A model generated the notes under the pieces. That model was given only the letters and a program-made list of their open reading frames with translations, was not told where the DNA came from and made no database searches. This document shows positions 21,099 through 30,132 of a DNA stretch of 64,000 nt, piece by piece (within the stretch, counting starts at the first letter, position 1; each line of letters begins with the position of its first letter). The stretch spans positions 96,001-160,000 of the forward strand of contig CAVQUB010000003.1 in the NCBI GenBank assembly GCA_963716725.1, written 5' to 3'. A program made the translations under genes and the position numbers. Source of the stretch: an uncultured delta proteobacterium. GTDB lineage: Bacteria; Myxococcota_A; Polyangia; Polyangiales; Polyangiaceae.

Positions 21099-21795
21099 GT
21101 GCAAGCAGTGATCCTGGCTGGCGGGCTGGCCACGCGCATGCAGCCGCGCACGCTCACCCTGCCCAAGGCCATGCTCGAGGTCGCGGGCCGGCCCTTCGTC
21201 GCGTGGCAACTCGAGGCCCTCGCGCGTGACGGGTACGAGCGGGTGCTCGTCTGCGTTGGGCACCTGGCCGAACAGCTCCGCGATCACGTCGGCGACGGCT
21301 CGGATTTCGGGCTCGCGGTCGAGTACTCCGAGGACGGGCCGAAGCTGTTGGGGACCGCGGGCGCTCTGCGTCGTGCGCTGCCGCTGCTCGAGTCGACCTT
21401 CTTGGTGACCTATGGCGACAGCTATCTGCCCTTCGACTACTCGGCGCCGCTGCGGGACCTCGAGGCACACCCGGAAGCGCTGGGCAGCATGAGCGTGTTC
21501 GAGAACCGCGGGCCGTTGGGACGCGAGCAATACCCGCGTCGAAGGCCAACTCGTGGCGAGCTACGAGAAGGGCGCGACGTCTCCCGACGTCACCTTCATC
21601 GACTACGGCGCCATCGCGCTGCGCCGCGAGGTCATCGCCGCCCTGCCCGAGGGCGAGCCCCTGGGCCTCGACGGAGTACAGGCCGATCTGGCCCGAAGCG
21701 GCCGCTTGCGCGCGCTCGTGGCTCATGAAAGGTTCTTCGAAATCGGCTCCGAAGCCGGCCTGGCGGAACTCTCCAAGAAACTCGAGACCCCGTGA
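21099..21795 (+). CDS. Sugar-phosphate nucleotidyltransferase (HddC-like) with +1 frameshift at GGG 21510-21512
   Basis: AVILAGGLATR, PKAMLEVAGRPF, LGTAGAL, YGDSY. Removing one G gives NRGRWDASNTRVEG..YEK..IDYG..RFFEIGS. Confidence 0.88.
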
Positions 21796-22787
21796 TCATC
21801 TCCCGCGCACCCGTACGTTTCTCCCTCGGTGGGGGCGGCAGCGATCTGCCGAGCTACTACCAGAGCTTCGGCGGGTACGTGGTGTCCGCGGCCATCGACT
21901 CCTACGTCTACATCACGGCCAACAAGCGCTTCTACGACGACATTCGGCTGGCGTACTCGCAGACCGAGATCGTGCCAAACGTCGAGTCGATCCAGCATCG
22001 GATCTTCCGCGAGGCGCTGCGCATGACCGGCATCAGCCGCGGCATCGAGCTGACCAGCGTCGCCGACGTGCCGGCCAACAGCGGGCTCGGCTCCTCGTCG
22101 AGCTTCACCGTGGCGCTCTTGAACGCTTTGCACGCCTACAAGCGCGAGTTCGTCTCGTCGCGACAGCTCGCCGAAGAGGCCTGCGAGTTGGAGATGGTCC
22201 GGCTCGGCGAGCCCATCGGCAAGCAGGATCAGTACATCGCGGCCTTCGGCAACGTGACCGCGATGACCTTCGAGAAAGACGGCACGGTCCACGTCGAGCC
22301 CGTGCCAGTTCGCGACGAGGTGCTCGACGAGCTCACCAACAACCTGGTGATCATGTGGTCGGGTGTCGAACGCGCGGCCAGCTCGGTGCTCGCCGAGCAA
22401 GGCGCTCGCGTGCAAAAGCAAGACAGCGCGACCCTCGAGGGCATGCACCGGATCAAGGCGCTCGGCCACGAGGTCTACGACCTGCTCGTGACAGGCGACA
22501 CCGACCGCTACGGCGAGCTGCTGCACGAGCACTGGACCCACAAGCGCAAGCTGGCCAGCAAGATGACGGACGACCGCATCGACGAGCACTACGACGCGGC
22601 ACGCAAGGCCGGCGCCATCGGCGGAAAGTTGATGGGCGCGGGCGGAGGAGGCTTCTTCATGTTCTACGCCCGCCCTGCCGACAAACGCCGGGTCTACGAG
22701 ACCATGGTCCAACGCGGGCTCCGGCCCCTTCGCTTCAGGTTCGATCTCGATGGCGCTCGCATCGTGGCCAACATGCACCGCTCGTGA
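21792..22787 (+). CDS. hddA: GHMP-family sugar kinase (D-glycero-D-manno-heptose-7-phosphate kinase-like)
   Basis: RFSLGGGGSD, PANSGLGSSS, GKQDQY, GGKLMGAGGGGF. Confidence 0.88.
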   Translation: MIISRAPVRFSLGGGGSDLPSYYQSFGGYVVSAAIDSYVYITANKRFYDDIRLAYSQTEIVPNVESIQHRIFREALRMTGISRGIELTSVADVPANSGLGSSSSFTVALLNALHAYKREFVSSRQLAEEACELEMVRLGEPIGKQDQYIAAFGNVTAMTFEKDGTVHVEPVPVRDEVLDELTNNLVIMWSGVERAASSVLAEQGARVQKQDSATLEGMHRIKALGHEVYDLLVTGDTDRYGELLHEHWTHKRKLASKMTDDRIDEHYDAARKAGAIGGKLMGAGGGGFFMFYARPADKRRVYETMVQRGLRPLRFRFDLDGARIVANMHRS

Positions 22788-22791
22788 GGCG

Positions 22792-23406
22792 GTGGCGATC
22801 TGCCTCGTGGTCGCGACCACGAGCTGCAGCTCGAGCTATCAGCCGCAGATGGGGCCACGCCTCTCGATCGCCATGGACGAAGGCAGCCTGACCTACGTCA
22901 GGGACGGACAGCGCTTCAAGCACGGCTTCACCGGCGGCGGGCTGGTCGAGGCCGTCGAGGACGATCCCGAAGCCAAGCAGGCGGCCGACCGCTACCAGTC
23001 ACGCGTGAGCAGCGGCCTCGTGCTCTACCTGGTCGGGACCGGATGCTTGGTCACCGGGATGGTCGTGGGCTTCGACACACTTCGCGATCGCGAGTCGAGT
23101 GCGACCAAAGACGCTGTCCTGGCCGGAGCGCTGGTGTGCGGCGTCGCAGGTCTGATCGCCGGTGGCTCGCTCCTGGCGTCGGGCATGCCGTACCAATGGG
23201 ACGCCATCAACATCTACAACGACAACCTCGAACGTCGGCGCGCCATCGTGCTGCCGCCGGCTGGGCCGCCGGGCTACGTTCCGTATTCACCGGTGCCAGT
23301 GCCGCTTCCCACGCCGACCCTCACGCCGCCGCCGCCCCCGCCCCTCGGCGGAGGCGCGACGCCCGACCCAGGCTCCACCGACGCGGGCGCCGCGGACGGT
23401 CCCTGA
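22792..23406 (+). CDS. Hypothetical lipoprotein/membrane protein with Pro-rich tail
   Basis: TTS-C signal, two TM segments, DAINIYND motif. Confidence 0.65.
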   Translation: MAICLVVATTSCSSSYQPQMGPRLSIAMDEGSLTYVRDGQRFKHGFTGGGLVEAVEDDPEAKQAADRYQSRVSSGLVLYLVGTGCLVTGMVVGFDTLRDRESSATKDAVLAGALVCGVAGLIAGGSLLASGMPYQWDAINIYNDNLERRRAIVLPPAGPPGYVPYSPVPVPLPTPTLTPPPPPPLGGGATPDPGSTDAGAADGP

Positions 23407-23408
23407 AA

Positions 23409-24341
23409 ATGCGGCGGCTCGCCCAGCGGCTCGGGGAACCACTGCTGCTCACGCGCGCGCTGGCTCGGGCCCGGGCAATTCCGGCTGAGCACGCCGACCG
23501 CGCTCGTGCGTTGGGAGCCGCAGCCCGACGCCGTGCCGCTGCGTCTGCCGCCCTGAGAAACGACGAGCAGGCCGTCGCAGCGCTGCGCCTCGACCAAGAA
23601 GCGGCAGGTCTCGCCCTTGCGGCGGTGTTCGCGCAGCGCGGCGAGCTCGACGACCACGTCCCGACGGCCAGCGTGCTCTGGTCTCGCGCGGGCACGCTCT
23701 CCGATCCGCCGCCGAACTTCCAGGCCGCATGCGCGATCTTGTCCAACGACGATCCCGTCGCCGCCGACGCCCGCGGCAGCGTGGGCGCTTGGCGTGCGCG
23801 GCGCGAGATCGCCCCGACGCTGCGCTGGCTCTTGGCGCTGGCGGAGCCGCGCAGCGCAAGTGAGCTGGTTGTGACGCGGGTCTTTCGAGTCATCGCCCTC
23901 GCCCTGTGCACCGCCGCTGCCGCGTGGCTCGCGCTCTGGCTCTTCGTCTGGCCGTCCAACGAAGCCCTGCACAAGCCAGTGGTCATGAGCAGTCTGGTGC
24001 GCGGCGCCGCTCCCACCGCAACGCTGACCGACGGCGCGGAGAGCGGCGAAGCTTCGACCACCGTGCGCCAGGCCGAACCCTGGGCCCGGATCGATCTCAT
24101 GAACCACGTCGCCATCGAGAGCGTCCGGATCCACGTTCGTGCCGAGACCTCGCTGCCGCTGCTGCTCGAAGTGAGCGACGACGATCGCAGGTTCACCGAA
24201 GTCGCGCGTCGAATCGACGCCGTGGGCACGGGGCGCTGGCGGGTGGTTCTGGGCAAGAAGCGAGCGCGCTTCGTGCGCCTGCGTCACCCGGGCGAGGGCG
24301 TGCTCTCGGTGTCCGAAATCGAGGTCTGGGGCTGGCGCTGA
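23409..24341 (+). CDS. Membrane protein with C-terminal F5/8 (discoidin) domain
   Basis: TM segment then NEALHKPV.MSS, PWARIDL, ARFVRL, SEIEVWG. Confidence 0.75.
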   Translation: MRRLAQRLGEPLLLTRALARARAIPAEHADRARALGAAARRRAAASAALRNDEQAVAALRLDQEAAGLALAAVFAQRGELDDHVPTASVLWSRAGTLSDPPPNFQAACAILSNDDPVAADARGSVGAWRARREIAPTLRWLLALAEPRSASELVVTRVFRVIALALCTAAAAWLALWLFVWPSNEALHKPVVMSSLVRGAAPTATLTDGAESGEASTTVRQAEPWARIDLMNHVAIESVRIHVRAETSLPLLLEVSDDDRRFTEVARRIDAVGTGRWRVVLGKKRARFVRLRHPGEGVLSVSEIEVWGWR

Positions 24342-24353
24342 CGAAGTCGACGC

Positions 24354-26066
24354 TCAGTGCTTCGCGTCGGGTTCGAAGACCCGGGTAAACACGTCCCGCT
24401 GAGCTTTGGTGCCCATCAATACCAGCTGTGCGTCGGCATCGAGGGTGCTGTCCGGCTTCGCCAACGAGAGCGGCTCACCCGCGTGGCGGATCCCGATCAC
24501 GCTGAGGCCGGTCTTCGCGCCAATTTCGCTGTTGTCCAGCGACCGGCCTCGCAACGACCGCGGCACGCTCACCATGAAGGTGTCCACCTCTTCGCCGATG
24601 ATGGCGAGCTCGCGCTTCTCGATCACGCTGAGCACGCGCTTTGCGCCCAGGGAGCTCTGCGACAGGGCAAAGTTGGCTCCCGCCCGATGGATCGCCTCGA
24701 TGTTCCGTTCATGGGTCACGCGGCTGACGATGTGACAGTGCGGGTTGAGCCTGCGGCAATAGATGGCGAGATAGATGTTCACCGCGTCGTCGTGAGTCGT
24801 CAGCACGACCGAGGGCGCATTCTCGATGCCCGCGTCGCGCATGACCTGCAGGTTGGCCGCGTCGCCGATGATGACCTTCGAGGTCAGCGCCTCCAACTTC
24901 ACCCGCAGCTTCTCCTCGGCCTCGATGACCTGCGTGGACACCTGCTTCGCCGCCAGCGCCCGAAGCGCGGCCCGCCCCACCTTGCCGCCCCCAATCACCA
25001 ACACGGGCGCGTCGTTCGGTGCGTAGATCACGAACATGGCGTTCAGCCCCGACACCTGCTCTTCGGTGCCGACGACGACGGGAACGGAGTCCTCGGACAG
25101 AAGCGTGTCGGCTTGCGCGGGCAGCAAGCGCCCCCGCTCCCAGACGCCGACGACACTCAGACCAGTGGCCTCTCGCAGGTTCGATTCTCGGAGCGTTCGG
25201 CCGACCAACTGCGTGCCACGGACGGGGAACTCCGCGAGCACGAGGTCCTCGACGTGCCCGATGGGATGCGCGCAGACGTTGCCTGCGTAGACGCGATTGG
25301 CCAACTGCTCGCCCAGCTCGTTTTTCAGGGCAACGACGCTCTGGGCGCCGCTGAGCTCCAAGATGTCGACCGAGTCCAGGTTCTCGACGAGGGCCACCAC
25401 CGGTACGCTGGGCGCGTGCTCGCGCACGGTGAGCACGATGTTGGTGTTCGCCGCGTCATCCAAGTTTGCCACGACTACCGCGGCCGCCTCGGCCCGGGAG
25501 GCGCGCCAGGTTTCGACCGCGGCGGGCTCACCCACGATGACGCTGAGGCCGTCGGTGTGATGCACGATGGCCAGTGCCGGGTCCGGCTCCAAGAGCACGT
25601 AGGGGATGCGCAGGCTGCTCAGTCGAGCGATCAGCGCCTGGGCCAAGGCGTCGTGGCGACAGATGATCACGTGTCCCTGCAAGCCCGCCGCGACGCTGCG
25701 AGGCGCGCGCAGCTTGAGCTGGGCCTCCAGCCACGGTGCGTAGAAGAAACGGATGAAGGCGAAGGGCAGGACGATGAGCAAGAGCAGGATGCCCGTCAGC
25801 AGCACGACCAGGCTGAAGATGCGCCCGATGTCGCTGTGGAAGGTGATGTCCCCGAAGCCCAGGGTGCTCATCACCGTCAGCGTCCAGTACACGCCCGTGA
25901 GCCACGAGTGGTTCTGGCCCTCGTAGAGCATCAACATGTGGAAGACGACGCTGTAGACCGCGATCGCCGCCGCGAGCACGCCCAGCACTTTCAACAATGC
26001 GCCGATGTTGCGTCGCATCTCGCGCTGCTGGAACGCCGCCACGAGCTGCGAGGTCAGGAACTTCAT
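24354..26066 (-). CDS. Potassium channel family protein with TrkA-N/TrkA-C domains
   Basis: YWTLTVMSTLGFGDITF pore, two RCK-N/RCK-C pairs (GGGKVG). Confidence 0.93.
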   Translation of the reverse strand: MKFLTSQLVAAFQQREMRRNIGALLKVLGVLAAAIAVYSVVFHMLMLYEGQNHSWLTGVYWTLTVMSTLGFGDITFHSDIGRIFSLVVLLTGILLLLIVLPFAFIRFFYAPWLEAQLKLRAPRSVAAGLQGHVIICRHDALAQALIARLSSLRIPYVLLEPDPALAIVHHTDGLSVIVGEPAAVETWRASRAEAAAVVVANLDDAANTNIVLTVREHAPSVPVVALVENLDSVDILELSGAQSVVALKNELGEQLANRVYAGNVCAHPIGHVEDLVLAEFPVRGTQLVGRTLRESNLREATGLSVVGVWERGRLLPAQADTLLSEDSVPVVVGTEEQVSGLNAMFVIYAPNDAPVLVIGGGKVGRAALRALAAKQVSTQVIEAEEKLRVKLEALTSKVIIGDAANLQVMRDAGIENAPSVVLTTHDDAVNIYLAIYCRRLNPHCHIVSRVTHERNIEAIHRAGANFALSQSSLGAKRVLSVIEKRELAIIGEEVDTFMVSVPRSLRGRSLDNSEIGAKTGLSVIGIRHAGEPLSLAKPDSTLDADAQLVLMGTKAQRDVFTRVFEPDAKH

Positions 26067-26118
26067 GCTTCTCCCCAGAACCTAGCGCAATCCAGACCGG
26101 CACGAGCGGGACCGCGCC

Positions 26119-26565
26119 TCAAGGCGGCGTCCAGCCGCCCTTCGCGAGCGCGGCCAGCACCACCGCGCTCACGTAGCACGCGAGCCCCACCGCGATCAGC
26201 ACAGCGCCGCGTTGCAAGGAGCTCTGCAAGAGGTTGCGTCGCGCGATCACTCGCTTGCTCAGCTCGAGGTTGCCGTCGCCGAGATCCATGCTGACCCAGC
26301 GCACGTTCGAGAGACACCTGAGCGTGATGACGATGGCGACCATGATGAACGCGATGCCGACCACCATCGCCACCGCTGAGAGCGGGCCGGCGTTGACCAT
26401 GTTGTGCCCGGCAAATCCGGTCACGCTGATGCAGATGCCTGCGATGCCGAGGAAGGTCTGCGCCTGCGTCCGCAGGACCGCGAGTTGCCCGGACAGAAAG
26501 GACACCAGATCTGCCGTCCGCTCGAAGGCGGCGGTCACTTCCTCTGCTTCGCGAGCTTCCGCCAT
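26119..26565 (-). CDS. Small multi-TM hypothetical protein
   Basis: ATG at 26565, three hydrophobic helices. Confidence 0.6.
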   Translation of the reverse strand: MAEAREAEEVTAAFERTADLVSFLSGQLAVLRTQAQTFLGIAGICISVTGFAGHNMVNAGPLSAVAMVVGIAFIMVAIVITLRCLSNVRWVSMDLGDGNLELSKRVIARRNLLQSSLQRGAVLIAVGLACYVSAVVLAALAKGGWTPP

Positions 26566-26647
26566 GATCCCGGCGGGTAGCAGATGCCCCAGGAGACGGC
26601 CAAGTTGGCTTGCGGAAGTCCAGCCACCCTGCGACCCTGAACCGGCG

Positions 26648-28273
26648 ATGTACGTGTGTCCGAGCTGCGGCTTGCCCGGCGATGCGCCGGGGTTTTGCAC
26701 CGAAGACGGGGCCTCCCTGGTCTTCGCGGACGATCCCCTGCTCGGGCAGACCGTGGGCAGCTATCGCATCGCGCGCTTGATCGGCCAAGGCGGCATGGGA
26801 GCGGTCTACCTCGGGGTGCAGCCCAGCATCGGCAGCCGCGTCGCCATCAAGGTGTTGTCGCAATCCGCGAGCTCGACTTTGGGCATGGTGGAGCGCTTCT
26901 TCGCAGAGGCCCGCGCCGCCAACCGGATCCGCCACGAGAGCATCGTGAACGTCCTCGACCTGGCGCTCCTACCGGACCAACGTCCCTACATCGTGATGGA
27001 GTGCCTCGAGGGCGCCCCGCTCACCAGCCACTTTGCCGCGCACCGGCCCTTCCCCCTGGGCTCTCTGGTGCGGATCGCCCTCGAAACCCTCAGCGCCCTC
27101 GAAGCCGCGCACTCCCACGGCATCACGCATCGAGATCTCAAGCCGGACAACTTGTTCGTGACCACCCTTGGGCGAGTGAAGGTCCTCGACTTCGGCATCG
27201 CCAAGCTGCGCCCGGAGCTCGGTGGCCAAAGCGACGCCACTCGCACCGGCGCGCTCCTGGGCACGCCGCAGTACATGTCGCCGGAGCAGGCGCTGGGACA
27301 GACGGCGGACGCCCGCGCCGATCTCTATTCGCTCGGCGTCGTGCTGTACGAAGGCGCTGCCGGCCAACGCCCATTTCTAGCCGACTCGCTCTTCGAGTTG
27401 CTACGGCAACACATCGAAGCGAGCCCGGCGAGACCCTCGACGCTTCGTCACGACCTGCCGCCCGCCCTCGAGCACGTGATCTTGCGGGCGATGGAGAAGG
27501 ACCGGAACCACCGCTTTCAGTCCGCCACCGAGATGGCCGAAGCGCTCACGGCATTGCTGCCGTCGTTGCCGGACGCGGGAGTGACGGCGAAAGCCCTGCC
27601 GCGCGTCGGCCCACCCACACCCGTCCAGCTTGCGCCAACGGCCGCGCAGAGCGGGGTAGGTTCGCGCACGAGCGTCGGCGGCACCTCGCTCGCCCCGGCG
27701 AGGAAGCGTTCGTCACCGGTGGGCTTGATCGTGGGTATCATGGGCGCGCTGATCGCGCTCGCGGCCGTCGCGTCAGCCATCATCGTCTACTTGGTCGCCG
27801 ATCGAGACTCGGTCAACGTCAACTTCGACGGCACGGGCCCCACGGGCTCCGTCGGCGGGGCGCCCTTCCCAGACCTCGACGCGGCGCGGGTCGCCGCCCG
27901 CAAACACTTCCCAGACGCCGAGCTCGTGTCGATCTCGATGCTGGGAGTACAGGCCGACGGGAGCGTCTCGCTGACCAAGCCCACGCACGTCATCAGCTTC
28001 GTTTTTCGCTCGCCGTCCGCCTCGAAGGCCAGCAAGACCTGCGTCGTGTCCGTGAGCACCACCATGTACGGGACCTTCGCCGCGCCCTTCGAAGACGCCA
28101 CCTACAACTGCCAGCAGCCGACCATCCCGGCACCTCGTTGTTCGGTGGCTGCGATCATGAAGAAGGCCTCCCCCGGGGTGAAGCAGCTGGCCTTCGGACA
28201 CTTGCCGACTCCGTGGACCTGGTCGCTCATCGGTGGGCCCGACGGCGTGAAGTCCGTCCCCGACGACTGCTGA
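26648..28273 (+). CDS. Membrane Ser/Thr protein kinase with N-terminal Zn ribbon
   Basis: CPSC..FC.EDG, IGQGGMGAVY, HRDLKPDN, DFG, GTPQYMSPE, TM segment. Confidence 0.93.
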   Translation: MYVCPSCGLPGDAPGFCTEDGASLVFADDPLLGQTVGSYRIARLIGQGGMGAVYLGVQPSIGSRVAIKVLSQSASSTLGMVERFFAEARAANRIRHESIVNVLDLALLPDQRPYIVMECLEGAPLTSHFAAHRPFPLGSLVRIALETLSALEAAHSHGITHRDLKPDNLFVTTLGRVKVLDFGIAKLRPELGGQSDATRTGALLGTPQYMSPEQALGQTADARADLYSLGVVLYEGAAGQRPFLADSLFELLRQHIEASPARPSTLRHDLPPALEHVILRAMEKDRNHRFQSATEMAEALTALLPSLPDAGVTAKALPRVGPPTPVQLAPTAAQSGVGSRTSVGGTSLAPARKRSSPVGLIVGIMGALIALAAVASAIIVYLVADRDSVNVNFDGTGPTGSVGGAPFPDLDAARVAARKHFPDAELVSISMLGVQADGSVSLTKPTHVISFVFRSPSASKASKTCVVSVSTTMYGTFAAPFEDATYNCQQPTIPAPRCSVAAIMKKASPGVKQLAFGHLPTPWTWSLIGGPDGVKSVPDDC

Positions 28274-28283
28274 AATCCCGAGT

Positions 28284-28295
28284 TGACCGTCGTCA
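28284..28295. promoter_or_regulatory. TGAC-N4-GTCA palindrome upstream of precursor 1
   Basis: TGACCGTCGTCA; identical 12-mer at 33968-33979. Confidence 0.5.
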
Positions 28296-28339
28296 TGTCG
28301 ACCCGCGCCGGCGCGTGGGACCCTCCGGGTCGAGGCATC

Positions 28340-28762
28340 ATGGATTCCTTCAGCGTATGCGAGTCGTGCCATCGGCACATCAAGGCGACCGAAACAGCGT
28401 GTCCGTTCTGTCGCTCGTCCAAGAGCCGCATCGGCGTGACCGCCGCGCTCGTGGTGGGCGTCGGGCTCTCACTCGCCGCATGCGGTGGTGATGGCGACGG
28501 CGGAGGCAGTGGTGGCACCGGCGGCGCGGCGACGGGCGGCAGCGGTGGCACCGGTGGCACCGCGACCGGTGGCGCAGCTGGGAGCGGCGGCGCGGCAGGC
28601 AGCAACACCGGCGGCCAGGGCGGCATCGCACCGGCCTACGGACCTCCTCCGATGGGCGGCGCGGCCGGCACGGCGGGATCGGGCGGCTCGGCAGGCAGCA
28701 ACACCGGCGGCCAGGGCGGCGCAATGCCAGCGTATGGTCCACCGCCGTCCGACGCGGGCTGA
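28340..28762 (+). CDS. Putative RiPP/spliceotide precursor lipoprotein 1 (2x PAYGPPP)
   Basis: CESCHRHIK....CPFC leader, GVGLSLAA-CGG lipobox, Gly linker, duplicated GSNTGGQGG..PAYGPPP. Confidence 0.8.
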   Translation: MDSFSVCESCHRHIKATETACPFCRSSKSRIGVTAALVVGVGLSLAACGGDGDGGGSGGTGGAATGGSGGTGGTATGGAAGSGGAAGSNTGGQGGIAPAYGPPPMGGAAGTAGSGGSAGSNTGGQGGAMPAYGPPPSDAG

Positions 28763-28764
28763 AG

Positions 28765-29124
28765 GTGAACTCGTACGTCGTCTGTGAGTCGTGTCGGCGA
28801 CACGTGAAATCGGATTCGAGTGCGTGTCCGTTTTGTCACGCGGGCAAGCGCCATTCGGCGGCGGCAACCGCGGTGATCGTGGGCGTCGGACTGTCGCTCT
28901 CGGCCTGCGGGGGTCCGAACTCCGGCATGCCCGCGCCCGTTTACGGGCCACCGGCCCACACTGAGCAAGGCGGCGGGCCGGCGACGGTCTACGGCCCACC
29001 TCCCGTGGACGAGCACTCCGGCGATCATCACGGCGAAATCGCGGGCGAAGATGCCCTAGTGGACAGAGACGCGGGCCCGTTGGCGGTCCCCGCCTACGCG
29101 CCTCCACCGCCTCACCCGCACTGA
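28765..29124 (+). CDS. Putative RiPP/spliceotide precursor lipoprotein 2 (2x VYGPP, 1x AYAPPP)
   Basis: CESCRRHVK....CPFC, GVGLSLSA-CGG, APVYGPPA, ATVYGPPP, VPAYAPPP. Confidence 0.8.
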   Translation: MNSYVVCESCRRHVKSDSSACPFCHAGKRHSAAATAVIVGVGLSLSACGGPNSGMPAPVYGPPAHTEQGGGPATVYGPPPVDEHSGDHHGEIAGEDALVDRDAGPLAVPAYAPPPPHPH

Positions 29125-29144
29125 ACCGCGCTCCGCTGTCGCGT

Positions 29145-29156
29145 TGACATCCATCA
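29145..29156. promoter_or_regulatory. TGAC-N4-ATCA near-palindrome upstream of precursor 3
   Basis: TGACATCCATCA about 38 nt upstream of the ATG. Confidence 0.4.
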
Positions 29157-29193
29157 TCTCGCTGACTGCGCGGGCGTGGAAGACTTCCGACCC

Positions 29194-29643
29194 ATGGAGT
29201 CGTTCTTCGTCTGCGAATCGTGCCGTCGGCACGTGAAGGCCGCCGAGAGCAGCTGTCCATTCTGTCGCACCTCGCGCAGTCGCATGGGCGTCACCGCCGC
29301 TCTCGTGGTCGGCGTCGGTCTCTCGCTGGCCGCGTGCGGCGGCGACACGGATCGTGATGGCGGCGGCGGCACCGGCGGAGCTGCCAGCGGCGGCACGGGC
29401 GGCAGCGGTGGCGGAGTCGCCGGCAGCGGCGGCGCGTCGAGCGGTGGCACCGGCGGCGACGCTGGCAGTGGAGGCATGGTCTCGCTCTACGGCCCACCGC
29501 CGGTGGGCGGCGCGGCCGGCACTGGCGGCGCTGCGGGCTCCGCGGGGTCGGGCGGCGCGGCCGGCACTGGCGGCGCTGCGACGGGCGGCAGCGGCGGCGG
29601 TGCTCCGCTCTACGGTCCGCCTCCGCCTCCTCCTGACAAGTGA
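29194..29643 (+). CDS. Putative RiPP/spliceotide precursor lipoprotein 3 (2x LYGPPP)
   Basis: CESCRRHVK....CPFC, GVGLSLAA-CGG, VSLYGPPP, APLYGPPP. Confidence 0.8.
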   Translation: MESFFVCESCRRHVKAAESSCPFCRTSRSRMGVTAALVVGVGLSLAACGGDTDRDGGGGTGGAASGGTGGSGGGVAGSGGASSGGTGGDAGSGGMVSLYGPPPVGGAAGTGGAAGSAGSGGAAGTGGAATGGSGGGAPLYGPPPPPPDK

Positions 29644-29944
29644 TCCCGGCGACGCGCCGGCTTCCAGGGACGTGAACGCTCGCGCTCGCCGGCGCTGAAC
29701 GGCGGTTGCTGCGCCGGTCGCTCGCGTCCGCGTTCCGCGATACGTTCGGCGCGACGACGTGACGTTGATCGCCCGGGACCCGCGGGGTGAGATTTGGGCT
29801 CTGCGCATGCAGTTCGAACGCGGAGATGATCCCACGTTGGATGCGAATCCCATCGTGCGCGTGCGCCGAGCCAAGCGCGATTGAGTTCCGACAACGCCGA
29901 TTGGCGCCCTCGCCGCAGCCCACCTCAGGGAGTGCCGGCGCGCT

Positions 29945-30095
29945 CGGGCCACAGCGCAGAGAGAGTCAGCTCGATGGCGTCGAAGGGCTCGAGCCGGACC
30001 ACGTCCGCTTCCCCGTGCACGGCCGCGAGGCGGTAGCTGTCGGCGTCCAGGCGAAACACCTCCACGCTTTGTGGCGGGGTTCGCGGCCATGGCCC
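29945..30095 (-). pseudogene. Uma2/DUF820 endonuclease C-terminal remnant
   Basis: Minus strand reads NPATK, then (1-nt shift) VEVFRLDADSYRLAAVHGEADVVRLEPFDAIELTLSALW; no 5' part. Confidence 0.55.
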
Positions 30096-30132
30096 AGGGC
30101 GAATGTAGCATCAGATCGCCCACCTCACGCGA

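Noticed and set aside
21099..21795. Programmed ribosomal frameshifting in hddC or proB
   Set aside because: No slippery heptamer or stimulatory structure; short homopolymer insertions fit sequencing error better.
26119..26565. Pycsar/CBASS-type membrane effector
   Set aside because: Only a vague TM pattern resemblance, and no cyclase or other defence gene nearby.
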